From Lytechinus pictus (taxonomy: Eukaryota): a stretch of 64,000 nucleotides of DNA. The position numbers were made by a program, and so were the translations under genes. Positions 30,001 through 42,000 of this stretch are shown piece by piece. The stretch spans positions 11,284,001 through 11,348,000 of the forward strand of contig NC_087248.1 in the NCBI RefSeq assembly GCF_037042905.1, in the 5' to 3' direction. The notes beneath the pieces were generated by a model. The model did not search any database and had not been told where the DNA came from. It was given only the letters and a program-made list of their open reading frames with translations. Each line of letters begins with the position of its first letter. Position 1 is the first letter of the stretch.

Positions 30001-33000
30001 TATCTTATTCCACCAAAATGTAATGACTATTCCAAGATCTCTTTGCTCCCAACAAATATCTGAATTTTGGTGTGTCAAGATTTGAATCCTCTGTAATATT
30101 ATCAAACGACATGTTTGAGCATACATACATGTACAGAGGGTTTAAAATTGATTCAACTTCCAAAGCCACGAAGGCCACTGATGTGGAAGCTCTGTTGACT
30201 GGCCTTGGAAATTTGTTGTCTCATTTCTGTTTTCCCCATTTCTGCTCTAATGTACATGGAGAAATATGCCCTATGGCTCAGTGGCTTTGCCCCTAAATTA
30301 TTGAAATAGTAGGCCTGCGTAATATACATTCTCATTTTCCTAATCATCGTAATGGCCATTGTCGTCATAGTCATCATCAACATCATTATCTGTAATTTAT
30401 AATTATTATAATTATCATCATTTACATTATCATCATTATGATCATTGATATCACCATCACAATGATCATTATCATCGTCAACAATATCAATAATATTAAT
30501 ATTATTTGATTCTTTATTTATTAATTTTTTAAATATCATTAATTTCTCTAGCAGACCTGAAGCGGAACAAATGACCGCTCAGGAGGCATGGGCAGGTGGG
30601 GGTAAAGAGGAGAGCAAGGATGGGGCCGCCAGCACCATACAGGCCAGCTGGAGGGGGCACCACGGCCGCAAAGGGGACGAGAAGGCTGGCCGCGCCCAGA
30701 AACAGATGCAAGAACAGAGGGTGGAAGAACATATCAAGTACCTCAACATGGAGCTCGATAGGTATGTCACTTGGATCTTAAAGTGTTTTAATAAGCTAAT
30801 TAGCCCTATTGATTTAGGATGATAGTGATAATAATAATGATAATAATAAGTGATTTCTAGGTTTGATAACCGTGCCAACCTTATATCGATTCCAACTCAC
30901 TATTTCACTTTGAGTGCTTTTAAGCTAGAATCAACATAAGCATCTACATATTCAATCCCACCAATATACATACTTGTAAGTCCATCACCAGACCAAATGT
31001 GATGTACCATGTTAAGATTACCCTTTGAATTTTGTTGATGTGTGCAGGACACGTCAGATGTACGAACAAGAGAAACATCTAAGAGAACTGCAAATGGAGG
31101 CCCTGAAACTACTTTGGAATCAGGTAAATCACTTTAGAAAGTGTAAAGAGAAAGGGTGGGGGGCTGTTGTTCGTTGGATAAATAGAGAGAGAGAGAGAGA
31201 GAGTGGAGGAGGGGAGTTTGGAGGGATTGCTTGCTAATTTGGGAGGGTGACAGTATGAGAGTTAGAGGAGGAGAAGCAGGAAGATAGAGTATGAGGAAGA
31301 GAGAGAGAGAGATAGAAGGTAGATAGACAGGAGAGAAATGTAGGAGAAATAAAGAAAAGAAGGTGGAGAGATGGAGAGAGTGATGAAGAGTTGACTCCTA
31401 TTCCCAAACTGGGTAGGAAGAAATGGATAGAGATAGTGAGATAGAGGAAAAATACATGTAAATTGAGAAATAGAGAAAAGGAGATTGGGAGAGTAACAGA
31501 GAGTTTAGTGCTAACCCAAAACTGCTGACTCTTGTCCAGGAAATGCCTTCACTCTCAGGGGGGAAATGGCCACAAACATTTTTACTGCTCCTCCAAACTG
31601 CGGTCCATCTATAAATAATCGATCCCTAATTATAATTTCTGGCAGATATAATCTTGTTAGGCACTCATGACCTTTAAATAACTCCCCAAGGACCCACCTA
31701 GACCTAGATTTAGTACCCCTTTTCCTATAGAGTGATATCAAATTAGCATACCTGGCAGTGATCTCTTGATAAATATGGTGCACATGGAGTTTATTATCTC
31801 CTATTTACATCGCCATTTACACTTGTACTACCAGGGGCCCGTAACACAAAGCTTAGCAATGATCTTAGAACTTTGTTCAACGATTGATTCCATAGACTAC
31901 AATATACAATCAATCGTGAAAATCAAGCGTACGATTAATCACTAACCTTTGTGTTTCGGGATTCTGGCGGACCCTGTAACATAAAGCTTAGTGACTGAAC
32001 ATCGGGCTCATTTTTGCGATCGATCATGCTCAATAGTCAATTATGCAATCACCCCTATGATCAATTGGTAAGCAATATGTGACAGGGCCCTGCTTATTGA
32101 TACACTCTTACGTGCTGCTGTCCTGATTCTTTGACTCTTAAAATATTAGATATAAAAGATATTTGCCATGCATGCAATGGTATTGCCTTGGACACAAATA
32201 TCGTTGAGAATGAAGTAATACATAATAAAAGAATTCAATAACTTATTTTGTGGTGTTTGATTTCATCATTCTCAAATTCGGCATGGAGATTCATGTTTAG
32301 TGTCATACAGGTTCTTATTGACTGTTTCAATCTCATCTGTTTTAAAATCTTTTGTTTTGAAGACAACAAATCCTAATGAACCATACATGTATGAACATTT
32401 TTATGATTTCAATTTTAAAAAAATGCTGCTTTTATGTTTACTTTTATCATATCCTGTCAATTCAACTTTTATTCTCTCCCTAATTCTCATTGTTTTTATG
32501 AATACAATTACAAAAATGTACTGATATTGTAGAGTTTGATTATTCCATCATATTGTCTCAATGGTTCCAATTTTTATATTTTCTCTTTAAGATAATTCTG
32601 AAATTCAGAATGCTCATACATGTGTAATGGTGTACCTATTGTCATACACATTTGCTTCTCAATTTTGCTTTTCAATTTGCAAATTATTTGTTCACGTTGA
32701 GTTTGCAAAATGCAAAAGCAGCCAATTGAACTTCTTTGAGACGCACTATTTTGTCGCCTCTGCAGCAATAAAACATTAATTGCATTATTTTATTGGTGAC
32801 CTTGCAGTATGTGCTGCACTCAACCCAGGTGAGGTAAATGGGTACCTGGCAGGAATTAATTCCTTGGAATGCCACCGCGCTGTAAAAGGCTGCCGGGCTA
32901 AAGCCAGGGTAATTATATCCAAGTCCTTTGGAAGCGCATAGAGATGTTATGTCATAATGTGATATGTGCTATACAAGAATGGCGTTATTCTCCCCAGATT

Positions 33001-36000
33001 GTGGTTATGTATAATTGTGAATCAAACTAAAATCAATTTGAAACAGTCACAAGACATATGGGTAGTGTGATTTGTTTCAATTCCACCATACATACCAGGG
33101 GGTTGTTTCACAAAATGTAAATTGGGACTTAAAGTCACAAAGTCACACTTACATGTAGTGCCTACATGTATGTGTACATGATATTTAATACACATTTTCT
33201 TGATTAATATACAGGTAAATTGTAATGTGATTTGTTTCAATTTCGTTATGCATGCCAAGCGGTGTTTCACAAAGAGTTAAGTGCCTATGAATAGATGATA
33301 TTTAACTCACAATTTCTTGATTAACATGCAGTAGTGCGCCTCCTCTGAGCATGATTCGACCAATGCGGTGATGCATTTCATACTGTACCCAACTGGGAAT
33401 TTAAGTGAAATTTTTGTGAAACACCCCCCTGCTATGCTCATTCACTCCTGATCTAAATTCAATTGTGTAGGTGAAAACCCTGCAGGAGTGGAAGCAAGAC
33501 GTGGATGGCAGGGACGTACCCCCCTCCGGTGGACCCCTCCCAGTGCCCCCTACCACTCCCTCCATCATCCCCTCACCCTCCCACGGTGATACCAGTGGTA
33601 CAGGATCCCAGTTCAAGGATGCCCAGGATCTCTTTGACACGCCTGCCTCGACCGTCAGGGAAGTCCAACTGGAGAAGACCTGCAGCAGTTTACAGAAGCA
33701 GGTATTATTCAAGGAAACCAAAACCCAAGAAGAGAACCAACTTTATTGGAAAGAGTAAAATGAGGGGAACCATTTGAAACAAGTTTCGTCAAAATCGGTT
33801 ATGAAATAAGCAAGTTATGGAAGTTTAAAAAGTCTTGTTGTACTTTCTATGGGGATCCTCAAATTAGCCACCATACTTCAGAATTGCAGATTTTGTGGAC
33901 AACTCTCTGTTTGTTTTGTACACAAATTTTCAGAATTTACCCCATTTTCTTTCAAATTGCATCTTGCCTCCTTCTGAGCATAACATGTGTCATGAGAAAA
34001 TACAATTCACACCACATATGTCAAGGTCAGGAGGAGATAATGTGAAATATGTAAAATAAAGGGGAAAATCTGAAAAATTTTGTTCAAAATAAATGGAGAG
34101 TTGTCCACAAAATCAGCCATTTTGAAGCATGGTGGCTAATTTGAGGATCCCCATAGAAAGTACAAGACTTTTCAAACTTCCATAACTCGCTTGTTCTATA
34201 ACCAATTTTGATGAAACAAGTTTTAGATTGTTCCTCTCATTTTATTCTTTCTGATAAGATGGATTCTCTCCTTGTATTTTGGTTTCCTTTGATGAGAAGG
34301 CAAGGGCAGTGACCTTAAATCTTGAAGAGGAATCTTGTTCAGTTCAATACTACAAAAGATGTTCTGGCATGACACTTTCATTTGTGATAAATGAACCAGG
34401 GGATGTTTCATGAAGCTAGCTGTTCGTAAGTTTGGAGCGACTTTACAAACGACTGGTGAACCACCTTTCCTCTGCGCTAAACCATCGCCAAGTGAACATT
34501 TTGGTGTATACCATTTACCACAAGAAAGGATCACCAGTCGTTCTTAAAGTCGCTCTTAACTTACAGCCAGCTTTATGAAACACCAATCCGATCAAGGAAT
34601 ATTGTAGGATCATTCTTAGGAATATGTCATGAGAAATAGTGATTTTCACGGATTATTTTGCTCTGAGCCAATCAGATGCAAGGATTTTAGTAGCTTATAA
34701 CAAATAGTCAGTGAGAATCTACTAGTGTTTGTTTCACGAAATGCTCCATATCCGATCAATGTTTTAGCATTTCCCAAATTTTCAGGGAATGGAGGAAAAG
34801 TTGGAATTAATTGAATTAACTGATAATTCTTCTTTGAGCATTACAAAAGTGCAGACTAACTGGTAGTCATATTCTCTAAATCACTTTTATCTTTTGTTTT
34901 TTTTACTTCATTTATGAACCATGGATTCGATGAACTGTATACTGAGAGTATTGCCTCTTTATCTGATATTTGAGAAAAAAAAAATTGTCGCAATTTCTGT
35001 CAATATGTTATTCATGTGGTGTGCAAATTGAACTAATCTTAGCAATTCTATGTTCTTGAGACAGGTTGGTCGCCTGCAGGAGTCGATTAACAGCATCACA
35101 ACCTTCATCACCTCCGGATATGTGACCAACCCTTCAACTCCATCTGCACCCTTCCCTGCCACCCCTCTTCCTGCTAAAGACCAATCGCTCACCCAGCCAC
35201 CATCACAGGCTGCATCCAAAGACAAACCCTCGTTGGTAGCATCAAAGTCAAGTCCATCTCAGATCACCTCCAAGCCATTCTCGGATGGGAAGAAGAGCCC
35301 ACAGGGAAATATCAATACCAACAACGCAGTACCAGCTACTGCTGGTAGCGTTGGAGCGACTCAAGGGGTCACCCTGCCTGCACCATGGGAGGGAGCGATG
35401 ATCAACCAGGCGCTGAACAACCTTCCAGAAGGTCTGCATCCATTAGATGTGCAACAGCTTCTAATCAGTGCAGCAAAGTGGATGTCGGAGCAGGCAGGTA
35501 TTGCAGGTAACGGAGGAGGAGCAGGAGCAGGTGGAGGAAGCAGTAATGCAGATGCCACCAGCCAGGCTACTCAAGCCGCCCCTTCAGTCATCCAGGCTGG
35601 ACATTTCCTACCAGATGAGAAGGACCAGGAAGACGCTGAACCAAAAGTAATCATCATGTTGTTGTATTTATTCAATCCCTTGAAAACATGTTGAAAATGT
35701 CTTAGATCTATTTACTTTATGTATATATCCCAAACTTTTGATTTTGATATGAACTTAAGGGATTCTCTTTGCGTTTGAATACAATAACTCATGAACCGTT
35801 CCATTTTCTACAACCCACCTACATTTTATCCATACATGAATTACCATGAAAGTGGCAGTTCATTTCTGAATATTGTTCTTTCAATAGCAATGCTCACTTC
35901 TGCTACTGGACCTCCTCCTTTTTAGTTAAGAGTTACAGAAAATGATGGGTGATAGTTCCTTGTGTAACCTTTTCCCTTTCTTCCCTACAGCCAACAGCCC

Positions 36001-39000
36001 CCACGGAGCTAGTTGCCACAGCTCGCTCAGACACAAGCATTGCCCTGAAGTGGAAGCCGTCATCCATGCCTGGTGAGGAGGGTGGGGCAAGGCAGCTCAT
36101 CAGTCCCATCAAGGGTTACAAGCTCTTCATTCAGCTGGGAGAGAATCACAGAGAAGTGATGGATGTGCCCTATCCACAGGCCATCCTGGGGGGACTTACT
36201 CCAGGATGTTACAGGTCAGGAACATGTCATGGTCTATCCTCCTTTTTGCACATGTTGCTATCATGGTGTTCATTTATATTATGTTTGGTTAATTATATTT
36301 GTTTTTGAGGTACAGTATTTGTTCATTATATATAGTTGGAATCTGTCATGAAGGCCAAAAGTCTCTGCAGTTCTGTCCCATTTTTGAACTGCTGTATTGA
36401 TTTGTTTAGACAACAATGTATCTTTTGGAATCATTCTCTGTTTTTTTTTTCAGTTGAATGGTTTAAAAAGAATTGTATGTATAAATTTGAACCTAAATAT
36501 TAAACCAACCCTTTCAATAAGTCATATTCATGGACTGTACATTTTGATTTATTTCAGTAAATTATCACAAAATAATGTTTTCTGTTACATTTGCCGGGGG
36601 TCTCATCTTCATGAAATATAGGGAATGTTATTTTGAATGTTATATATCCATTGAATTATTTTTTAAACAATTCTTTGTGATTATAGGTTCAGAACTGTTG
36701 TGAGCTTGTTGATTATTATAAACTTTTAAATATATTTTCATATCCTTAATTCTTTATTTTATATTTAGTACTGCATCTATTTTATTTGAAAGATAAAACG
36801 TTAAGGTTGTATTGCTTCAATCTCTTAATTGACACAGACTTGCAAATGACTTTTGTTTGGTACTTTTTTATATTTTTAGATTTTCTGTTCGGGGAGTTGG
36901 ACCAAACACTGAGTCTGATGATTCAAATACAGCCGAGGTGACATTGCCTCAATCTCCACGGGCCAAGAAGGCATCCCCTGCAGAAACTCAGAAAACAAGT
37001 CCAGCAAAGCAACGTCCAGTAGCCAGTCCAAGGAGCAGCAAGGAGAACCAGAAGAAATCCAGTTCAAAGACATCCTCAGAAGCTTCCAAGGAATCCCCCA
37101 AGAAGTCTTTGAGTAAGAAATCCAGTGGCTCTTCAAGCAGAGGGGATGCTTTGAAGGACAAGTCCAACATCGGCAGTCAGAATGCAAAGAATGATGCTAA
37201 GTCAGCAAGAGAGTCTACTAAAGCAGGGAATGGAAAGCAAGTTATGCAGCCTGCTTCTGTCAAATCAAAAAGAGAAACAGACATCGATGCTGAGCCCTCT
37301 GTTGTGGACCTTGAGGACGGTTTGAAAGTGGCCATTGCCAAGTCTGTTGGAGTTGAGATGAGTCAACATATAATTGACACTGCTATCCAGATGGCCATCA
37401 TTGCTCTTATTGATGTTGGTCCTGATGTGGAAGGAGCCAATGCCATTGAGGAAGACAAGAAAAATGGAGGTGGTGGAGCAATTGAAGTTGTCCCTGTCCA
37501 AAAACTTGAAGCGTCGTCCCAAAAGGAAGGTCCACTGGTGGTTAACCAAAGTAGCGTAGTAGACGGACATATTGGTGAGAAAGCAAATGATGTGCAGGTT
37601 TTGTCTAAGATAGTGAAAGAGGGGTCGGGTGAGTGTCAAAAGGGTAATGGTTGTAGAGCCGGTTTAGGGACTGAAAATGTAAATGAAGCAAGCAAGTGTA
37701 ATGGTGTTCAGGGTTTAGATGATACCTCAGGTGTAAACCTTTTGTGTAATGGGGACTCACAGGGTAGTGGCAACAATCAATCTTTACATTGCAATAAGAA
37801 CAATACACACACTGATTCTCCTTCCAACTCAGAATCACAAGTGAAAGAAAGCGTTCCTCAGCCTGAATCAGCAGGGAATGGGTCAGAGCCAAATCAGAGT
37901 TTAGGGAGCGTTGCTGAATCTTCTAAACGAGTTGAACAGCTCTCCATGAAAGCGACAGAAGAAACAGTGTTTAATTTTGACTTCCAAGGTGGGATCCCCT
38001 ACCCTCAATCCCCAACAGGAATAGCAGAGATTGCCACCTCAGAAAAGTTGTTAGTTGTGTCTGAACAGAAGGATGCTCCTGTCAAAAGTCCAAAGCCCAA
38101 ACCCAGCCCTCGTTTGTCAAAACTGGCAGCCAATTTCACTTCAAAATCAGCCAGCAGTAATAGTGCAAATACAATGACTGAGATAAGCGAAATGGATGAA
38201 TCACACAGGGTGAGTGTAGGTCATGATCCTTTTTCAGTGGACTTTGAAGAGTCCTTGCCTGTGAGTGATTGTGATGACAGTGATGATAGGACAGTCAATT
38301 TGAGGTTGGGTGAGGGCAAAGCTAAGAGAGTGGTGAGTTCATCAAGCCTTGAAGACAGCAGAATGTCCTCAGATGAAGCATCTCCTAGCGACCACAGTGC
38401 TTCCTCCAACAAATCTTCCAAGCAGACTGTCTCATTCTCTCTGGCTCCAAAGCCCAACAAGCCCAAACCCAAAGAGGCTCCTGTATGCGCCAAACACAGC
38501 GAGGAAGCCAAGACAAACAACCGCTCCAAAGCAGGAGATGGCACGGAACAGAACAAATCTGATGATAGGCCAAGCAGAGCCACACGACCTACCAACATCA
38601 AGACAATCCTCAGCCCTATAAACTCCCCAATGATGCAGCACAAGTCTAGGAGTAATGGCGGGTCAGGGATTCCGATGGTCCGAGTACCCTCTCCAACCAA
38701 AGGTTTCTTGAGGCTTGGTGGCGGTGTCCACCGTACAACTAGTACCCCGTCCTTGGAGATCTTGAAGAGTCCTGGGGGTAACGGATCAAACGGAAATGGC
38801 AATGGCCAGGTAATGCCATAAATGCATGATGAAGTATCACGATTTGGAATCATAAACCCAGTGCATTTGTATGAATGTGCATGTAGTACTACATTTAGCT
38901 ATGAACTCGTCTTAAGTTTGCACATTGATCTCTGCACAGCCAGTATTATACATGTAGACTATTCCATGGATATGCTACATATGTACATATGTGGCTGTTG

Positions 39001-42000
39001 GATTTTCCCTTTTCGTGATACAGAATTCAACCTTGGCATGAAAATAGATCAAACTAGCTTGATTAAAAAAAATGAGTGATAAATCGCTGTAAACGAAGTC
39101 CCCATCTATGTGACAAAACAGCTATAAAAGGAGAGAAATCGACTACAAAGCAGCTTCAAAATTATAAGTTGCTCACGATTTCTAGGAATTCTTACTGAAA
39201 AGAAATAATTTTGTTTTTAATTTTGAATTAAAGAATGTACTGCGCTGCTACAGCAAAGCTATAAACCAGATGACATGTACGTTCAGTAACATGCAAATTG
39301 ACGAAATATTCTCAACTGGATCCAAATCAATGTAAAAAAATGATGAACAGTAGGATAGGATGGTCTGTAATGCCCCTTACCAATTGAAAAGGGAGTATTA
39401 TTCATTTCTAATCCTCATTCTAAAACACAATGGGAAATGCAAGAATGTTGCTGTGAGAGATGTACAGTCCTTTTGAATCCAGCTATAAAGACCTTTTGGG
39501 CAGTATTCATAAAAGAGCTTCCAATTCGGTGGATTCACAATACGGTGCACCATCTTTCGGTTGCAGCGGACAGGAAGAAATCTGCAATGCCTTGTGAGAA
39601 AAGGTCGACATGTTGCGGGTGCTAGTTCATGGATGCAATTATGCTGTTTACCAGGGTCCAGGGGGTGGGAGAGAAATTTGCTGCATATTTCTCTTCGAAA
39701 TTTAGATCGTTTTGGGTGATTTTTTTCTGCGCTTTTTCCATATTGCTTTCAGTTTTGAAGCATCACAGTCACATACAGTACACTAGCACTGCCTGCACCT
39801 GCGCACGATGTCAACCCCAAAGTTAGAAATTTGCCTGTCTGCGGTAACTGAAAGATGGTATACCATATTGTGAATCCACTGAATTGTACCATGGTACAAA
39901 ACCATGGATTATGCAAATTTGAGTTATCCCTTTTCATTTAAGCATGAATTTAGCTCCCAAAAGCACGCAATTATACTTGGACTATTCTGAGTGTACATGA
40001 TAAGCGTAATTAGTTTGAAAGTTTGAAAGTGGGGATTTTTTTACCTGATTGCTAAGAAAGCATGAATGCTTGTAAGCAAGCAACCAGAGGACCGACGGCT
40101 TAAGGTCCTCTCCGAAGGACCTGGTAATGAGGATTAATGCCTTACCAAAGGGCACTAGCGCACCAAGTGTGAATCGAACCCGGATCACCGGAATACGAAT
40201 CCCCCGCTCTACCGACTGAGCTATCGCGCCTCCGCATTATGTACACCAAAATCTGCATAGTCCATGGTGTTGTACCATGGTACAATTGAAACCTCTTTTG
40301 AGAACACAGGCCTGAGGCCCGTATTCTGAAGTCAGCTTTAACTTAGACCATGGTCTAATTCTGTGCTAAAATTATGGGGAGCCAAAAACTCAACATTTCT
40401 GCTTACATTGTATATTTCTTATATTTACTATTTTGCTTCCCTTTGTTTTTATAATGAAGAAGGTATTTCAGTCATTCTGAGACTGTTATAATTGATATGT
40501 GTGTCATAATAGTTAATACATTTAACATGTACCATTAAATAGAGATTGGTGGCCCAATGGCTCTCCATAGTTAAACCATAACTTTAAACCAGGGTTTAAT
40601 TTAAACCATAGTTCAGAATACGGGCCTATACTGTATGTCCTTTTCAGGTGGCATTCCCACATTTCCTTGTTTGGTTTATGATGAATTTTAAGGGATGGCA
40701 GTAAAAAGATGCATGGAGAATTCTTGTGTGAAAGTTGTAGCTCTTACTTTTGGTAGGCTGCATGAATAGTCTAGGATTGAATGAAAACATCTTTTGCATG
40801 AGTCTAATTTGAATGCTATATTGTTGAGCATGACTCAATGCAATTAATCATGGTAATCATCCCTACAGTCAGTCACTAGCTCTATGTTACAGGGCCCTGG
40901 TGAGTGTTTCATAAAGCTGTTCGTAAGATACGAATCACTTTACGCATGACTGGTAACCCTTTCTCATGCCAAGTGATATCCCTATGTAATTGAGTTAGGA
41001 CCTAAGATCATGTTCCAGTCGATCGTAAAGTTGTGCTTAACTTTACGAACAGCTTTATGAAACACCCACCTGGAGGCCGTTTCATAAAGCTGTTCGTAAG
41101 TTAAGAGCGACTTTAAGAACGGCTGGTGATCCTTTCTTACGCGCTAAACCATCGCCTATGGTGTATACCATTTACCACAAGAAAGGATCACCAGTCGTTC
41201 TTAAAGTCGTTCTTATCTTACGAACAGCTTTATGAAACGGCCCCCAGGTCTTTTTTGCAATAGATGTACAGAAGATGCATAGTTTACCAGCACACCGCTT
41301 ACTGAGTCAAGTCATATACATGTAGTTAATTATCCCTATCCAATTTAAATTGATGTCTATTATAGCCAATGACATTGATTGAATTTTGATATCAATTTTA
41401 CTTTCATTATCAATTTTTGTTTCATTTTCCATTTCTATTTCACTTCTAATTTACATTTATATCCAATTATTCAAATTAAAATCAAAATCATATTCAAAGT
41501 CAAGTCAAAGTCCAAATCCAAATCTTTACCAAATGCAAATTATCAAGATTTAAATTTGAATAGGCCTCCATAGTCAAGTTTAATTCCATTTCATTTCATT
41601 CAATTCTGATTTATTCAAAGATTACACAATACTCTAGTATTTTTCCTTCCTAAGTCACTTCATATTTTATTGATATAGTGAGTTGTACATGAATTTTTAA
41701 CTTATTTTTTACCCATGTTATCTGAGGGCCCTGTGTTGCATTAAATTACATCATGTATTAATTTTTGGTCCTTCATACAGTTACAATAAACAAATATATC
41801 AGGCTTTGAGAAAGTATAGTGGAATTATTTATTCGAGGTTGGTCTGGCAATTACTATTTTTCCCGAGGGGCGAAGCCCCGAGGGAAATATAGTAGTTTTG
41901 CCAGTCCAACCGAGGATTAATAATTCCCACTATGCTGGACTTGCCCGGGAGAGAGAGCGCGCTGGCCGGTACGCCCGAGAGTTTAGCTCATAGGTTTAGC

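Noticed and set aside
33505-34534. Two opposite ORFs both ending in KMRGTI
   Set aside because: Artefact of the inverted arms of the fold-back MITE.
36876-38853. Minus-strand ORFs (up to 210 aa) over exon 17; likewise 28226-28666 and 52206-52781
   Set aside because: Antisense shadows of CEP97 coding exons.
40158-40233. tRNA-Thr(CGT)-like sequence on the minus strand
   Set aside because: A and B boxes are present, but the acceptor and T stems do not pair and the sequence runs into a SINE core; it is a SINE head, not a tRNA gene.
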